Source: a virus. Taken from it: a stretch of 64,000 bases of DNA. Position 1 is the stretch's first letter. Each line of letters starts with the position of its first letter. This document shows positions 25,558 to 35,459 of this stretch, one piece after another. The notes under the pieces are model-generated. The model was given only the letters and a program-made list of their open reading frames with translations, searched no databases and was not told where the DNA came from. Where the stretch lies: positions 96,001-160,000 of IMG/VR virus record IMGVR_UViG_3300018080_000105, one strand, 5' to 3'. Position numbers and translations under genes: made by a program.

Positions 25558-26689
25558 CAGCTGGCTCGCCGGCTTTATGGGCCAGGTCTGTCAGCCGTTC
25601 TCGCGGAAACGGTAAGCCACCAATCATCGCAAGGATCTTGATAGCGTCATCGCCGGCCGCGGGGTAAACACCAGGGAACACAACCGAGTCTTTGGGCGTG
25701 AGGATCCGGTTCATCATTTCGATGCCGTGATCGATCACGCCCGTTTTCACGGAATTTGGGCCGTCCCAGGCCGCTCCGCTAACCACGTAAATCATACCGG
25801 CCGTGGTACCCTTTGACAGGTCCACGCTGGCCAGCACGTTACGTTTCAGCTGGTCACGGATCGGAACGGAGATATCCGAAGGCTCATCCCATTTCTGCAC
25901 AGTAGTTGCCGCAAAGGCCACCACTCCGCTGTCCAGGATCTTGGCGAAGTCTGCCGGGTCAAATGTCGTCCCGCCTTCGTCCTCCGAATCTGTGCCCGCC
26001 AGACGATTGAACGTATGCAACAGCTTCGCTGTGCTCGCGTTCGATGCCGGCTTCTCATTGCGAGCAGCCACACGATCGCCATACAGCTCCACGAACCGCT
26101 CGTTGTCAATGAAGATAATCGGACTCAGGTTCAGGCCCGGCAGCTGACGCATGGAGTACAGCACGTTCTTGGCACTGCGCTGTCCCTCTGCGTTCTTGGG
26201 CATCGCCATGATGACACCCACACGATTTGGCTTCTTCTTGGCCCGCATGTACTGCTTGGCCACTTCCGCCGCTTTCGCATAAGCACCTGCACCCGTGCCG
26301 CCCGCCCCAGAAAGGCAGACAAACACGTGATCCACGTCATCGCCCCAACACCGCGAATACAGGTCGTAAATATCTTCGCCCTTGTCTTTCGCGATAGCTG
26401 CAGCGGCGGCCGGATCTTTGCCCACACCTTGCTGGTCACCAATGTCCAGCTTGGAAGCCTCGGGGAACGTCTTCAGCTCTGCCAGGTCAGCCACGGCTGT
26501 GTTGATCGCACAGATGCGGTTGTACCCGAGTTCCTTGAACGTGCTCACAATACGACCACCAGCCTGCCCCACGCCCACGAATGCGAACTTGAAACCAACC
26601 GGGTGATCAAAACTGTCAGGGATTGCGCTGGATGCTGGACTTTCCGGGCTCTCGGAAATATCTCCAATATCGAGTTCAAAGTCACTCAC
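25529..26689 (-). CDS. tubulin/FtsZ-family GTPase (PhuZ/TubZ/CetZ-like)
   Basis: FVGVGQAGGRI T1 loop, AINTAVAD, GVGKDP, SGAGGTGAG tubulin signature, FIDNE, FDPAD T7-like loop. Confidence 0.9.
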   Translation of the reverse strand: MSDFELDIGDISESPESPASSAIPDSFDHPVGFKFAFVGVGQAGGRIVSTFKELGYNRICAINTAVADLAELKTFPEASKLDIGDQQGVGKDPAAAAAIAKDKGEDIYDLYSRCWGDDVDHVFVCLSGAGGTGAGAYAKAAEVAKQYMRAKKKPNRVGVIMAMPKNAEGQRSAKNVLYSMRQLPGLNLSPIIFIDNERFVELYGDRVAARNEKPASNASTAKLLHTFNRLAGTDSEDEGGTTFDPADFAKILDSGVVAFAATTVQKWDEPSDISVPIRDQLKRNVLASVDLSKGTTAGMIYVVSGAAWDGPNSVKTGVIDHGIEMMNRILTPKDSVVFPGVYPAAGDDAIKILAMIGGLPFPRERLTDLAHKAGEPADAVAEFLGV

Positions 26690-27210
26690 TCTGCGCCTCC
26701 GTCGTCCTTCAGGTAATCTTCCGTGGCAATGATGTCATCGGCCTCTTGGTCGATCACTGCCTGTTCTTCCTCAGTCCGGGGCTCTTCTGCCGCCAACTGT
26801 GATTCTTCACCACCCGTAGTCGCCTCGGCGTCGATCTGAGACTGACCAATTTCATCATCGGTGACTTCCTCCTCTGCGGCAGCGAGATTCTCGATCTCGT
26901 CACAGACCACAGCATACAGCGTTTCGTCCTCTGAATAGAGTCGCTGCATCTCAGCGTCGTACTCTGCCCCGTCCAGCTCCATCATCTGGGCAGCTGCTGC
27001 TGCTGCCTGCTCACGAAGCTGCTCAGGCGTACGCGCCGGGGTTGGCGGCGTCTCGACCGCTGATTCAGTAGACTTCGCAGGGTCAGTTACCGTGGCGGCC
27101 TCGGCCGGCTCTTCGGTCTTAACTTGGCGAAATGTGGAAAGGCGGCCTGTCTGTGTGTTTTCTTCCTTCTCACGCAGGCGCTGGCGATATTCGATAGAAC
27201 TCATGGTCAC
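26686..27210 (-). CDS. highly acidic hypothetical protein
   Basis: Glu/Asp/Ala-rich 174 aa; coupled to tubulin gene. Confidence 0.65.
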   Translation of the reverse strand: MTMSSIEYRQRLREKEENTQTGRLSTFRQVKTEEPAEAATVTDPAKSTESAVETPPTPARTPEQLREQAAAAAAQMMELDGAEYDAEMQRLYSEDETLYAVVCDEIENLAAAEEEVTDDEIGQSQIDAEATTGGEESQLAAEEPRTEEEQAVIDQEADDIIATEDYLKDDGGAE

Positions 27211-28280
27211 TCCTGTTCCTTCGACTTCTCGTCAAGTACGGAAGCCAACAAGTGGTCAAACTTCTTCTTCCGCTGCCTCGCGTCATCACAGATTGTGTTC
27301 TGCAGGCCTCGGACATATCCAGGTGAACGCAACATCCTGTAAAGAGCGTCGTCCAATCCGGCGTAATTCGGAGCAGCACACACCGCTCCAGCTTCGTTAA
27401 TGCTCTCGACACAGTCAACGCTGCACGAGTTGTCAGCCGTCAGTATCTCAGCTAAAGGCCGCAAATTGAAGCCTACAATGGGGGTTCCCATGTTGATCGA
27501 CGTGAGGCCGATCAACCCCAGGCTCTCGTGCAACGTGCACCATAGCGTTAAATCGTGATTCTGGAACAGTTGCAGGCGATCAAATTGATCCAGCCCTTTA
27601 GCCAGCCGCAGCTTATTTGGGTACCACCGCCGCAATCGTCGCAGATACCGAGAAAACACTGACGGAAGCGTACTGGACGAATAAGCCACTGTCACTCGCA
27701 AGTTTTTGTGTTGCTGTAATCGCTTCTCCAGTAACGGCAGAATGCCGGGGTCAATCCTGCGAATGTTACCATCCCACCACGGCAGCAGCACGTGCAGCGG
27801 CTCCACCAAATGATTGGGTGGCTTCTTACATACAGGGAAACCCGCCTCCCAAGGCACATATCGAGCATGTCGCATGCCTGCTGCGAACATCACCTCGAAG
27901 ACGTCACGGGTCGGGGCCAGTACGTTGTGAGCCAGCGCCGCTGTGTCCAGATCCCGAAAATGAATCGTATTCATCATCAACAACACGGAAGTCTTAGCGC
28001 CCTGCGATCGCACATAACGGATCTGCTCGGGATGCGGAATCGTCGTCCACACGACGTGCTCAACGTCTTTGCACCAATCCGTGAATTTCCCCTGCACAAC
28101 CTGGGCATCCCACTCTGGAGTTATATCGCGTTTATCCGTTGACGGGGTAAACAAGCTATAACTGTGCCCGTGATCTTTGGCCCACTGCGCGATACGGAGG
28201 CCAGCGTACGTCGCCTCGTGGTGACTGTAGCGAGTACAGATGCCAACCTTCGTCGTCCGTGGTAGATCCACGTTGGTCAC
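27207..28280 (-). CDS. GT-B fold glycosyltransferase (GT4-like)
   Basis: HDLTLWCTLHESLGLIGLTSINMGTPIV matches the E-x7-E donor-binding region; GTG start overlaps upstream TGA. Confidence 0.7.
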   Translation of the reverse strand: MTNVDLPRTTKVGICTRYSHHEATYAGLRIAQWAKDHGHSYSLFTPSTDKRDITPEWDAQVVQGKFTDWCKDVEHVVWTTIPHPEQIRYVRSQGAKTSVLLMMNTIHFRDLDTAALAHNVLAPTRDVFEVMFAAGMRHARYVPWEAGFPVCKKPPNHLVEPLHVLLPWWDGNIRRIDPGILPLLEKRLQQHKNLRVTVAYSSSTLPSVFSRYLRRLRRWYPNKLRLAKGLDQFDRLQLFQNHDLTLWCTLHESLGLIGLTSINMGTPIVGFNLRPLAEILTADNSCSVDCVESINEAGAVCAAPNYAGLDDALYRMLRSPGYVRGLQNTICDDARQRKKKFDHLLASVLDEKSKEQE

Positions 28281-29101
28281 GGGAATTTCCGTACAGCAGG
28301 AGCGATCACATACGGCGGGTGGGAATGATAACCCACGCGGCCTTTTTGGTGCCGATGCCATGACAGTTTCGGGCGAACTCGGGACTTGATCCCGATATGT
28401 TGCCCGACAAACGGCGTAACACAACCGACAAATAGTCCTTGGCGCTTCGCTGCGTGGCAAAGCGTATCATCAAACTTTTGTCGCTTCTTGTGCTCTCGTG
28501 CAAAGTATTTGTCATGCAATCGTGCCCAGCCTTCCCGGCTAATGAATAGGCACTGTGCAGTGATCCCGGATTCTACCGAGCGTTGATTCTTGTGAAACTT
28601 GAACGTGCTGTTCAATTTCATGCCGGCCATCACGCCTACCGGACGCTCACTGTGGTCATTGCGTCTCTCTACAGAGGCCAGCAGGCGAATCAACCAATTC
28701 TCTTTGAAAACAAAGTCATCCTGCAGCAGCACTACACCCTCGGCATCTGGTGCCTGATTGAACAACGCACGCACGGCGAGACAGGATGCCTGGACAACCC
28801 CGAGGGATTCCCCGTCGGACAGCCGCACGATGGGCACCTTACCGTGGATTCCTTTGGGCTGAACAGGCGGATCAGTGAGGATATCCAGTCCCAGATTTTT
28901 CCACTTGGGACCGGTGGGCCATGGCAACTCACAGTCAATCTCCTCGTTGGTCTCGTAATACCGCCGGGTGATTTCCTTCTTGCTGCAATCATCAAAAATC
29001 GTCAGTCGCGTATCTGCAGGCAACTCCGTCGCAGACAATGAGCGCAAAGTCGCGTCCAGGTATGTGACGCGATCCTGTGTCAGAATACCAATCGGAACCA
29101 T
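28277..29101 (-). CDS. GT-A fold glycosyltransferase (GT2-like)
   Basis: IGILTQDR..YL..TL.SL, IFDDCS, VVLLQDDFVF (DxD-type). Confidence 0.75.
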   Translation of the reverse strand: MVPIGILTQDRVTYLDATLRSLSATELPADTRLTIFDDCSKKEITRRYYETNEEIDCELPWPTGPKWKNLGLDILTDPPVQPKGIHGKVPIVRLSDGESLGVVQASCLAVRALFNQAPDAEGVVLLQDDFVFKENWLIRLLASVERRNDHSERPVGVMAGMKLNSTFKFHKNQRSVESGITAQCLFISREGWARLHDKYFAREHKKRQKFDDTLCHAAKRQGLFVGCVTPFVGQHIGIKSRVRPKLSWHRHQKGRVGYHSHPPYVIAPAVRKFP

Positions 29102-31161
29102 CAGGTCATATCCATCAATCGACGCACGGCACCGGGCTTCGGCCGCCGCAAAATAGATCGATCAAGAGCAGAGGCCACTTTGCCAAACTGCTGCTGCATT
29201 ACCATTTCCCCGCCTTCCATACGAGCTTGTCGCCGCATGTCGTCCATGATGGATTTCACCATCGCATGTACTGTGGGGTTCTCCTTTTTCAAGCGCTGAA
29301 GAGCACTGTCTTTCTGCGACTCAGGCATCGCCATGAACTGAGAAGCCAGCGTCTGTGCCACAGACTGGATCTCTTCAACCGTCGTGGGCGTATTCGGCAT
29401 AATCGGCTGGTTAGCCGCAAAGGACTGAGCAGCACCCATCGCCCCCATAGGCTGTCCCATCGGCCCAAGCGGTGGCGTGGCAGGCATCCCGCCGCCCGGC
29501 ATAGCGCCGGGCATCCCCTGCATCTGCGGCATAGCGGCAGCTCCTCCGCCACCGGCCGCTGCCGGGTCCATCGGCATCGCCCCGCCAGGAGGCATACCCC
29601 CAGGCATTTGCGGCATGGCCATTTCGTCCATCATGGCCGACTGTTCCATCTCGTTCTGCATGTCCTGCGTCGCCTCGGCCACCACGCGCTCTTCCTCCAG
29701 CTTCCGCCGCTCTTCCTCGGCAAAATCCAGGCCAACGCTGTGCAAGCCTGTGGTACGACTGATCTCGCCGCCACGCATAAGCTGCAATTTGGCCATCTGG
29801 CGGTTGAGGTCGTCGGCATGAGTGACGCGAGACAGGCGGCAGACAACAGGCTCCCACGCCATCAGCTGGGCCACCTTCTCTACGAGCTTGCCCAGGAAAC
29901 GATTGAGGTTGTGAACCAAGTGTGCCCAGTTCGCCTCAAACAGACGGAGAGCAGCCGGAGCCGCTTGAACGCTGAGAGAGCCCTTGTACATGTCCACCGG
30001 CACTCCGATGGCGTCCAGCAAGGACTCACCAGCCTGATTCAACAACTCAGTAGGGGCCAACTGATTGGCATCACCACCCAGTGCCTGGTATTCCATTGGG
30101 AACGGTAGCACATTCCAGCGAGCAGGGTCTCGGCGTCGCTGGCGGAGCATTTGCTCCACTCGCTGCACGAACCCGCCCAGATTGATGCTCATAACCGGGT
30201 CATTGATCTGGCCGCCAGCAGCAGAACCTGACGCCTTCGGCTGTGGTGTCAGCACCCGGAACGGCACAATGTAGTCCAGCACGATTGCCTCGTTGTAGCG
30301 GTGCAGGACTTGATAGTACCACGCTTGGCGAAAGTTGGTGAGCACGCGGCTCAGGCCCCAGCCCCGGTTACGGCGACCGGCGAGCGCTTCCTCCTTCATG
30401 TGGTAAATAACATCCGGATCGAACATCAAATCCTGGTTGTTTTTCACCGCATCTACAACTTCCCAGCTGGCGCGCTCCATGTGGAACAGGTGCCCCTTGC
30501 GAATCTTCTCACGGTACTCGTTAGGAATCTTCCAGATGAAAGCATTGTCGTTGCTGTACTGGTCATGCAGGATCTCAATCTCATGCGGATCCCAACGCTT
30601 GACCTTCAGCTGATCTGCTTCACCCGAACGTCGGTCGATGTGCTTCCACGCACCACGATACTTACACTTCGGACACGAGGCATTGAACTTAAAGTCTGAC
30701 CATGAGTACGCAAAGGCTCCGGTGTTCTGCACTTTCTTCAATGGAGCTTCAAAGCCACAGTCAGGGCAAGACAAAGCACGGCGGAACGGCACGAGGAGAC
30801 TGGTGAACGAATTACCGTACACCAGATAATCGAGAGCCACATCCTGCAGCACCTGCCGAATGCCCAGCGTCTCGTTCAGGAAGTCGAGGTACTTCTGCTT
30901 TTCCTCTCGACCAACCCGATCATCCCCATCACCTCCGCCAGGCGCGGCAATCTCCACATCAGTGATGAAGTAAGAGATGATGCGCCGAATCGCCTCTCGA
31001 TACGGACCGTTGGCGTCAACGATGTACTCACACCACCACAACGCTTCCTGCATTGTGGTTGGCATGGCCGTTGAAGCCATATCACAAAACGGATCAGGCC
31101 AACGATCATCCGCTAAGGCAGACGTATTGGCGTTCCAGCGACTCTTGGTCAAGACGCTCAT
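29101..31161 (-). CDS. probable portal protein with Zn-ribbon insertion
   Basis: 686 aa; DYLVYGNSF, IYHMK..GWGLSR, N-terminal helical portal-like pattern; CPDC..CPKC insert; M/P/G/Q-rich C-terminal linker. Confidence 0.55.
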   Translation of the reverse strand: MSVLTKSRWNANTSALADDRWPDPFCDMASTAMPTTMQEALWWCEYIVDANGPYREAIRRIISYFITDVEIAAPGGGDGDDRVGREEKQKYLDFLNETLGIRQVLQDVALDYLVYGNSFTSLLVPFRRALSCPDCGFEAPLKKVQNTGAFAYSWSDFKFNASCPKCKYRGAWKHIDRRSGEADQLKVKRWDPHEIEILHDQYSNDNAFIWKIPNEYREKIRKGHLFHMERASWEVVDAVKNNQDLMFDPDVIYHMKEEALAGRRNRGWGLSRVLTNFRQAWYYQVLHRYNEAIVLDYIVPFRVLTPQPKASGSAAGGQINDPVMSINLGGFVQRVEQMLRQRRRDPARWNVLPFPMEYQALGGDANQLAPTELLNQAGESLLDAIGVPVDMYKGSLSVQAAPAALRLFEANWAHLVHNLNRFLGKLVEKVAQLMAWEPVVCRLSRVTHADDLNRQMAKLQLMRGGEISRTTGLHSVGLDFAEEERRKLEEERVVAEATQDMQNEMEQSAMMDEMAMPQMPGGMPPGGAMPMDPAAAGGGGAAAMPQMQGMPGAMPGGGMPATPPLGPMGQPMGAMGAAQSFAANQPIMPNTPTTVEEIQSVAQTLASQFMAMPESQKDSALQRLKKENPTVHAMVKSIMDDMRRQARMEGGEMVMQQQFGKVASALDRSILRRPKPGAVRRLMDMT

Positions 31162-31197
31162 GCGAGCACTCCCGTTTCATCCGTGAGGGAACCGTGA

Positions 31198-31440
31198 CTA
31201 CTCTGCGTCTTCCTTTGACAGCTTTTCAGCCGCCAGGTCGCTGGCTCGTCGTGTGATGTCGTCGTCGAGAGCTTGCTCTTGGGACTGTTTGTCCCCGGCA
31301 CGCTTTTCGCTTTTCAAACGACCTTCCGTATCGTGTGTGTCTCGTACTGAGACGACGCCTCGTTTTTCCATGACAGTCTCCGTTACTGAGGCTGAGCGTT
31401 TCCATCCAGTTCGGCGGTATTTTCTACCATCAGCAGACAA
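31198..31440 (-). CDS. small charged hypothetical protein
   Basis: 80 aa directly upstream of portal. Confidence 0.55.
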   Translation of the reverse strand: MSADGRKYRRTGWKRSASVTETVMEKRGVVSVRDTHDTEGRLKSEKRAGDKQSQEQALDDDITRRASDLAAEKLSKEDAE

Positions 31441-32315
31441 TACTCCAGATCATTGTGGATGTACTGGACGCCTGTTGTGTGAACCTGGTGGACTTGCGTA
31501 GTCCCATGAATGTGAATTGCCATGGCCGGCGTGACCGTCCCCGGCGGTGGTGGCTCCGGAAAATACTTGATACTGCCCACATGCCGGGTGTCGTAAACCA
31601 GTACGACGAAACCACTCCGGACAATCACGTCGTGATATGGGGCATCCATCCGGCCAAAGTGCTCCCGCTCAATCGTCACGAGCTGGAGGGGCGGGCCAGG
31701 GTCTCCCTGGACCTTGCTGACGTTAGGAACGCCTGTGTCTGATTTAGCCGGCGGAGTCTGTCGGGACGCAGCACTAAACGCGCCCAACGGACTGATCGAT
31801 TGGAAGCCACCGCCAATGTTCGGCGCCGCTGCTGGAACATGGGGAGCCTGGGCAGGCGCAACTGTCGGAGCTGCGGTCTGTTGGACCACAGGAGCCGGCG
31901 GCGCGTCGGGGGCAGGTTCAGTTTGAGGAGCTGTTGGTTCTTCTGTCTGCATCTGCGAAAACCTCTCCATAACGCGAGCGGCAAGTTCCCGCTGCTGATT
32001 GATGTCCTGAGCCTGTCCGTGTGTGAAGCCCATCTCCCGCTCAACTTCGCGAGTAGCTTTGTCCAGCGCTGTCTTTGACAACGCCTGCAACGGGACACGT
32101 TTCCCGCCGTCTTCACCTTTGGGATCGATCCGTACGACGATCCCAGATGTATCATGGGGTTGTGTACCTGATGGAATTCCTCCCGGAGTCGCTTTTGGCA
32201 CAATGACTCCTGTCAACCCATACTGACTGGGTGGCGGTGTTGCGGGTCGAATATCCTGGGGCGTAGGGGCCGGCTGATACTGTGGCACCGAAGCCGGAAC
32301 GATTGCTGGGGGCAT
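31383..32315 (-). CDS. Pro/Ala/Gln-rich hypothetical protein
   Basis: AAGGAG RBS before MPPAIV. Confidence 0.65.
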   Translation of the reverse strand: MPPAIVPASVPQYQPAPTPQDIRPATPPPSQYGLTGVIVPKATPGGIPSGTQPHDTSGIVVRIDPKGEDGGKRVPLQALSKTALDKATREVEREMGFTHGQAQDINQQRELAARVMERFSQMQTEEPTAPQTEPAPDAPPAPVVQQTAAPTVAPAQAPHVPAAAPNIGGGFQSISPLGAFSAASRQTPPAKSDTGVPNVSKVQGDPGPPLQLVTIEREHFGRMDAPYHDVIVRSGFVVLVYDTRHVGSIKYFPEPPPPGTVTPAMAIHIHGTTQVHQVHTTGVQYIHNDLEYCLLMVENTAELDGNAQPQ

Positions 32316-32402
32316 GAGACACTCCTTCGTCGGCGATATCGCCTGACATACCTTATCTGTCCCGCCAGGAATCCGCAACACGTGGTGAGAATTGCGGATA
32401 GC

Positions 32403-32440
32403 TAAAAAGAAGAAACCAGCGCGGGGTACGCCCCCGCGCC
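32403..32440 (-). terminator. intrinsic terminator
   Basis: GCGCGGGG/CCCCGCGC stem followed by TGGTTTCTTCTTTTT on minus strand. Confidence 0.6.
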
Positions 32441-32674
32441 GGCGTTCTCTTATGGGTTCCGAACAAAGGCCACGAACCTTGTCCGGCTGGATACTCACAT
32501 TCAAATGTATCCAGCCGGGAAAGGCCAGTCAGGGCCAGGATCTGCTTCCCGGCTTTGCAGGTGATCGCCAGGTGACGGCGACCACGATGTGTGCACCCGA
32601 CTGATTTCGTGGATCAGTCGACGGAACACAAGGAAAAGAATACAACTGAAAATCATCATCTCCTCCATAATCTG

Positions 32675-32965
32675 CTAGTCAGACAGGTCCAGCATAGCAG
32701 TCGGGATTGTGAAGAACAACGTTGCGGCAGGATCCTCCGCACTAAACCTTTCGCGGCAAAACTGATTAACCAGCTCTTCCGAAGGCAAATGATACAAACC
32801 CCGGCCCTCCTGCCCCACCCGCACGCCCACAAGGGTCATGCGGGTTGAAGCAGGTATCCGAGGCAGCAAAAGCGGCTTCGGATCCTGACCTACCAACCAG
32901 GCGACTTCGTCAATCCCGTCGGGGCCATAGAGTCGGTGTTCCTCCCATTCATCGGGATTCCACAT
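32675..32965 (-). CDS. hypothetical protein
   Basis: start trimmed to MWNPDE. Confidence 0.55.
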   Translation of the reverse strand: MWNPDEWEEHRLYGPDGIDEVAWLVGQDPKPLLLPRIPASTRMTLVGVRVGQEGRGLYHLPSEELVNQFCRERFSAEDPAATLFFTIPTAMLDLSD

Positions 32966-34391
32966 GCTGACGTTTCCTTTTTGCAGGCCGACGACGCCGT
33001 CGTGGCGAGCCGGCAGGCTTCCAGTCCTCTGTAGCCCAGAGGCTGGCACTGACATCCCACCGGCCCAACTCGTGAGGTGCAAACTGGAAGAACTCTTCCG
33101 GAGCAGTCTCACAATCCATGGCCAGTGCCTGATTGATGCAGATGTTTGAGGCGAACAGCGGGTCACGAGGAGACAACGCGGCTTCCAGGAGATCCTGGTC
33201 CGTTGTGCCTGCCTCGATCAGCGGACGAGATTTGCGGAGCAGCTCTCGCATCGCCCGAACAGCATCGTCCGGTTGGATCGCGTTGACAGGGTCTTTGACC
33301 CGCACCACGATCGGCTTATCCCGATGACGCATTGCATCGAGCAACACTTCATCACTTGCCAGCTCGGCATAAGCTCCGAGCCATTCACGCATGGCGTCCA
33401 TTACCACCTGAATCCGTGCTTCCGCTTCTCGCGGATTGCACAGTGTGCCAGACGAGTCGGCTGTCTGCGCATCGCAGCCAGTCTCGTTCGCGGCATCCAG
33501 GGCTTTCAGCGTCTCAGGGAGATCGATTCCTTTGCTGCTGGAAACAGCACTGGATCGATTCTCGAAAGACAGGGTCTTCAGGTCACGCACGGGGTTGTAG
33601 GTATGCACCCCTTGCATTTCACTGAAGTCTGTGAGCAGCTGATGTGCCTGCCCCTTGTCACCGAAGTATTCGGTGGGCAGCAGGTACAGATGCGTGTTGT
33701 TGATCCCTTCGCCAGGGGCCAACCACTTGTCAGCCCACAGTTCGTGAGCCAGGGCGGGGAAATCCTCTGTGGGGATCCCCATCACTTTGTCCCGGGTTTC
33801 GCCGCTCTCCAGAATGTAGAGCGACCGCAGAGCCGGAGTGTCCGGACAGTCCAGATGGGCTGGATCCGGTACACCTGCCCAGTGCCGGGGCATCGTAGGA
33901 ACTGCGCTCAAAGCCCACTGCTGCGTGGCAGCTTTGGCCAGTTCCCGGTCAAGTCCCAGACCCAGACGAGTCCACTCGCCGGCCGGGCGAGCTTTGGGAT
34001 CAGTGACCGTTCCTTCGTCGCGAGGATCCAGCCGACGTCCGAACGCCCCCTTCTTCGGGTTCTGCTCGAAGTCATGGACCATGCGAATCTGGTCGTAACA
34101 AATCACGTTATCAACCACACGTGCGGTTACGCACCTCAGCTCAATCGACTCCCCGCGTTTGGCTCTCGGGTTGTCATGCCGTGACATGACCATCATGGAC
34201 ACCTTCCCAACAGGGAGGAGTGTCTCACCCCGAGTGTTCCAGGTCGCACCCCAGACGCCGCGCATAGCGGCACGCTGTTCGTCACTACGACGGACAACCT
34301 GGTAGTAGTGCTTCTGGGACAGATCTTCTTTTCTGGTACGGCTGCGGTTCGACATCGTTGACTCCATAGTATGGGCCATAAAAAAATCCAT
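32949..34391 (-). CDS. hypothetical protein
   Basis: ~470 aa ORF; start uncertain (34391/34370/34355). Confidence 0.75.
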   Translation of the reverse strand: MDFFMAHTMESTMSNRSRTRKEDLSQKHYYQVVRRSDEQRAAMRGVWGATWNTRGETLLPVGKVSMMVMSRHDNPRAKRGESIELRCVTARVVDNVICYDQIRMVHDFEQNPKKGAFGRRLDPRDEGTVTDPKARPAGEWTRLGLGLDRELAKAATQQWALSAVPTMPRHWAGVPDPAHLDCPDTPALRSLYILESGETRDKVMGIPTEDFPALAHELWADKWLAPGEGINNTHLYLLPTEYFGDKGQAHQLLTDFSEMQGVHTYNPVRDLKTLSFENRSSAVSSSKGIDLPETLKALDAANETGCDAQTADSSGTLCNPREAEARIQVVMDAMREWLGAYAELASDEVLLDAMRHRDKPIVVRVKDPVNAIQPDDAVRAMRELLRKSRPLIEAGTTDQDLLEAALSPRDPLFASNICINQALAMDCETAPEEFFQFAPHELGRWDVSASLWATEDWKPAGSPRRRRRPAKRKRQHVESR

Positions 34392-34643
34392 GAGCAGTCA
34401 AACTCATGGACGTCCACTTGGGACAGGAAGGGTGCAACTAAGTTGCGGTTCTTCTGCGGGCAATACGTAAAACAACCCCAGCTCGAAAGCTGGGGTTGCC
34501 GAAGCCCGGTCGCGGGGCGACCAGTCTCATTGAATCGTGTGCGAGAGGATCAACATTTCATAGTAGAGCTCCTTGGGGTTACGAGAATCAATCTCTCACG
34601 TGGTAACACGTCGCATGTTACATGCCGCAAAACGGCAGTCAAT
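34379..34643 (-). promoter_or_regulatory. hairpin-dense intergenic leader with two terminators and an SD-led MKC minigene
   Basis: stems at 34387-34410 (8 bp + T7) and 34473-34498 (11 bp + TTTT); AAGGAG-7nt-ATG AAA TGT TGA at 34550-34561. Confidence 0.55.
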
Positions 34644-35459
34644 TTAGCTGCCAAACATCGGCGTATCTTCGCCACTGGTGGCGGCTGGCGGAGGTGGCGG
34701 AGGTACCGGTAAAGCTGCCTGCTCTGACCCAGGAGGGCCTTCCTCCTCGTCATCCACAACAGCTTCCAGTTCGGCTTCCTCAGACTCCTGTTCTGCCGCT
34801 TCCGGATCATCAAGCGGATCACCCACCCAACCAAAAGTTGCAGTGCCCGCCTCTGACGGATCGGGAATATCGAACAACGGAATGTTTCCAAACGGCGTCG
34901 TCAGGAACTTGTTGACTCCCTCGGTAATGCCCAATTGAGCTCCAAGAAACGGGAACAGGCAAACGTCCTGCCCGATCAACTCTTTGATCCGTGAAACCAA
35001 TCCTTCCACAGTAGCGAACCGCTCACACGTCGGCCACTGATCATCAAACAACACAACCAGCAGAAACTCCTGCCCAGCCGCCCGACTATGATTAGCAACC
35101 TGTGCGATCAATGACTGTGTCGCGGCGTCCGCAATCGGCGTAGGGGCCGGTTGCACAGGTTGTTGACAAGGGGCGGGCGAGCCAGAGGGCAGCGTGGCAG
35201 AATCCGCAGGCACGGACTGCGGTCTTCGCCGAGGTGGGCGTCGCGGAGGTGGCGGAGGGGGCGCTGCGCCTTGCTCCTGCGACGAGTCGCCGTCGTCATC
35301 CAGCCCGCCCGCTGTACCGGTCCGCGGAGCCGCCGCAATGGCCCCCTCTGCAGGGAGTGCCGGCGCCGGTATCCTCTCGACCTGTATCGCTGTTGTGTCC
35401 GATTCATTCTGTTCCGTTGTCATCTGCTGGTCCCTCCTGGTACAGCACAACCAATCCAA
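34644..35459 (-). CDS. Pro/acidic-rich hypothetical protein
   Basis: operon-contiguous. Confidence 0.65.
   Translation of the reverse strand: MDWLCCTRRDQQMTTEQNESDTTAIQVERIPAPALPAEGAIAAAPRTGTAGGLDDDGDSSQEQGAAPPPPPPRRPPRRRPQSVPADSATLPSGSPAPCQQPVQPAPTPIADAATQSLIAQVANHSRAAGQEFLLVVLFDDQWPTCERFATVEGLVSRIKELIGQDVCLFPFLGAQLGITEGVNKFLTTPFGNIPLFDIPDPSEAGTATFGWVGDPLDDPEAAEQESEEAELEAVVDDEEEGPPGSEQAALPVPPPPPPAATSGEDTPMFGS

Noticed and set aside
15173-31440. Recurrent K-x-A strings (EKIAS, EKRAG, EKVAE, GKVAS) as prohead-protease cleavage sites
   Set aside because: Too short and common to support without proteomics or the protease gene
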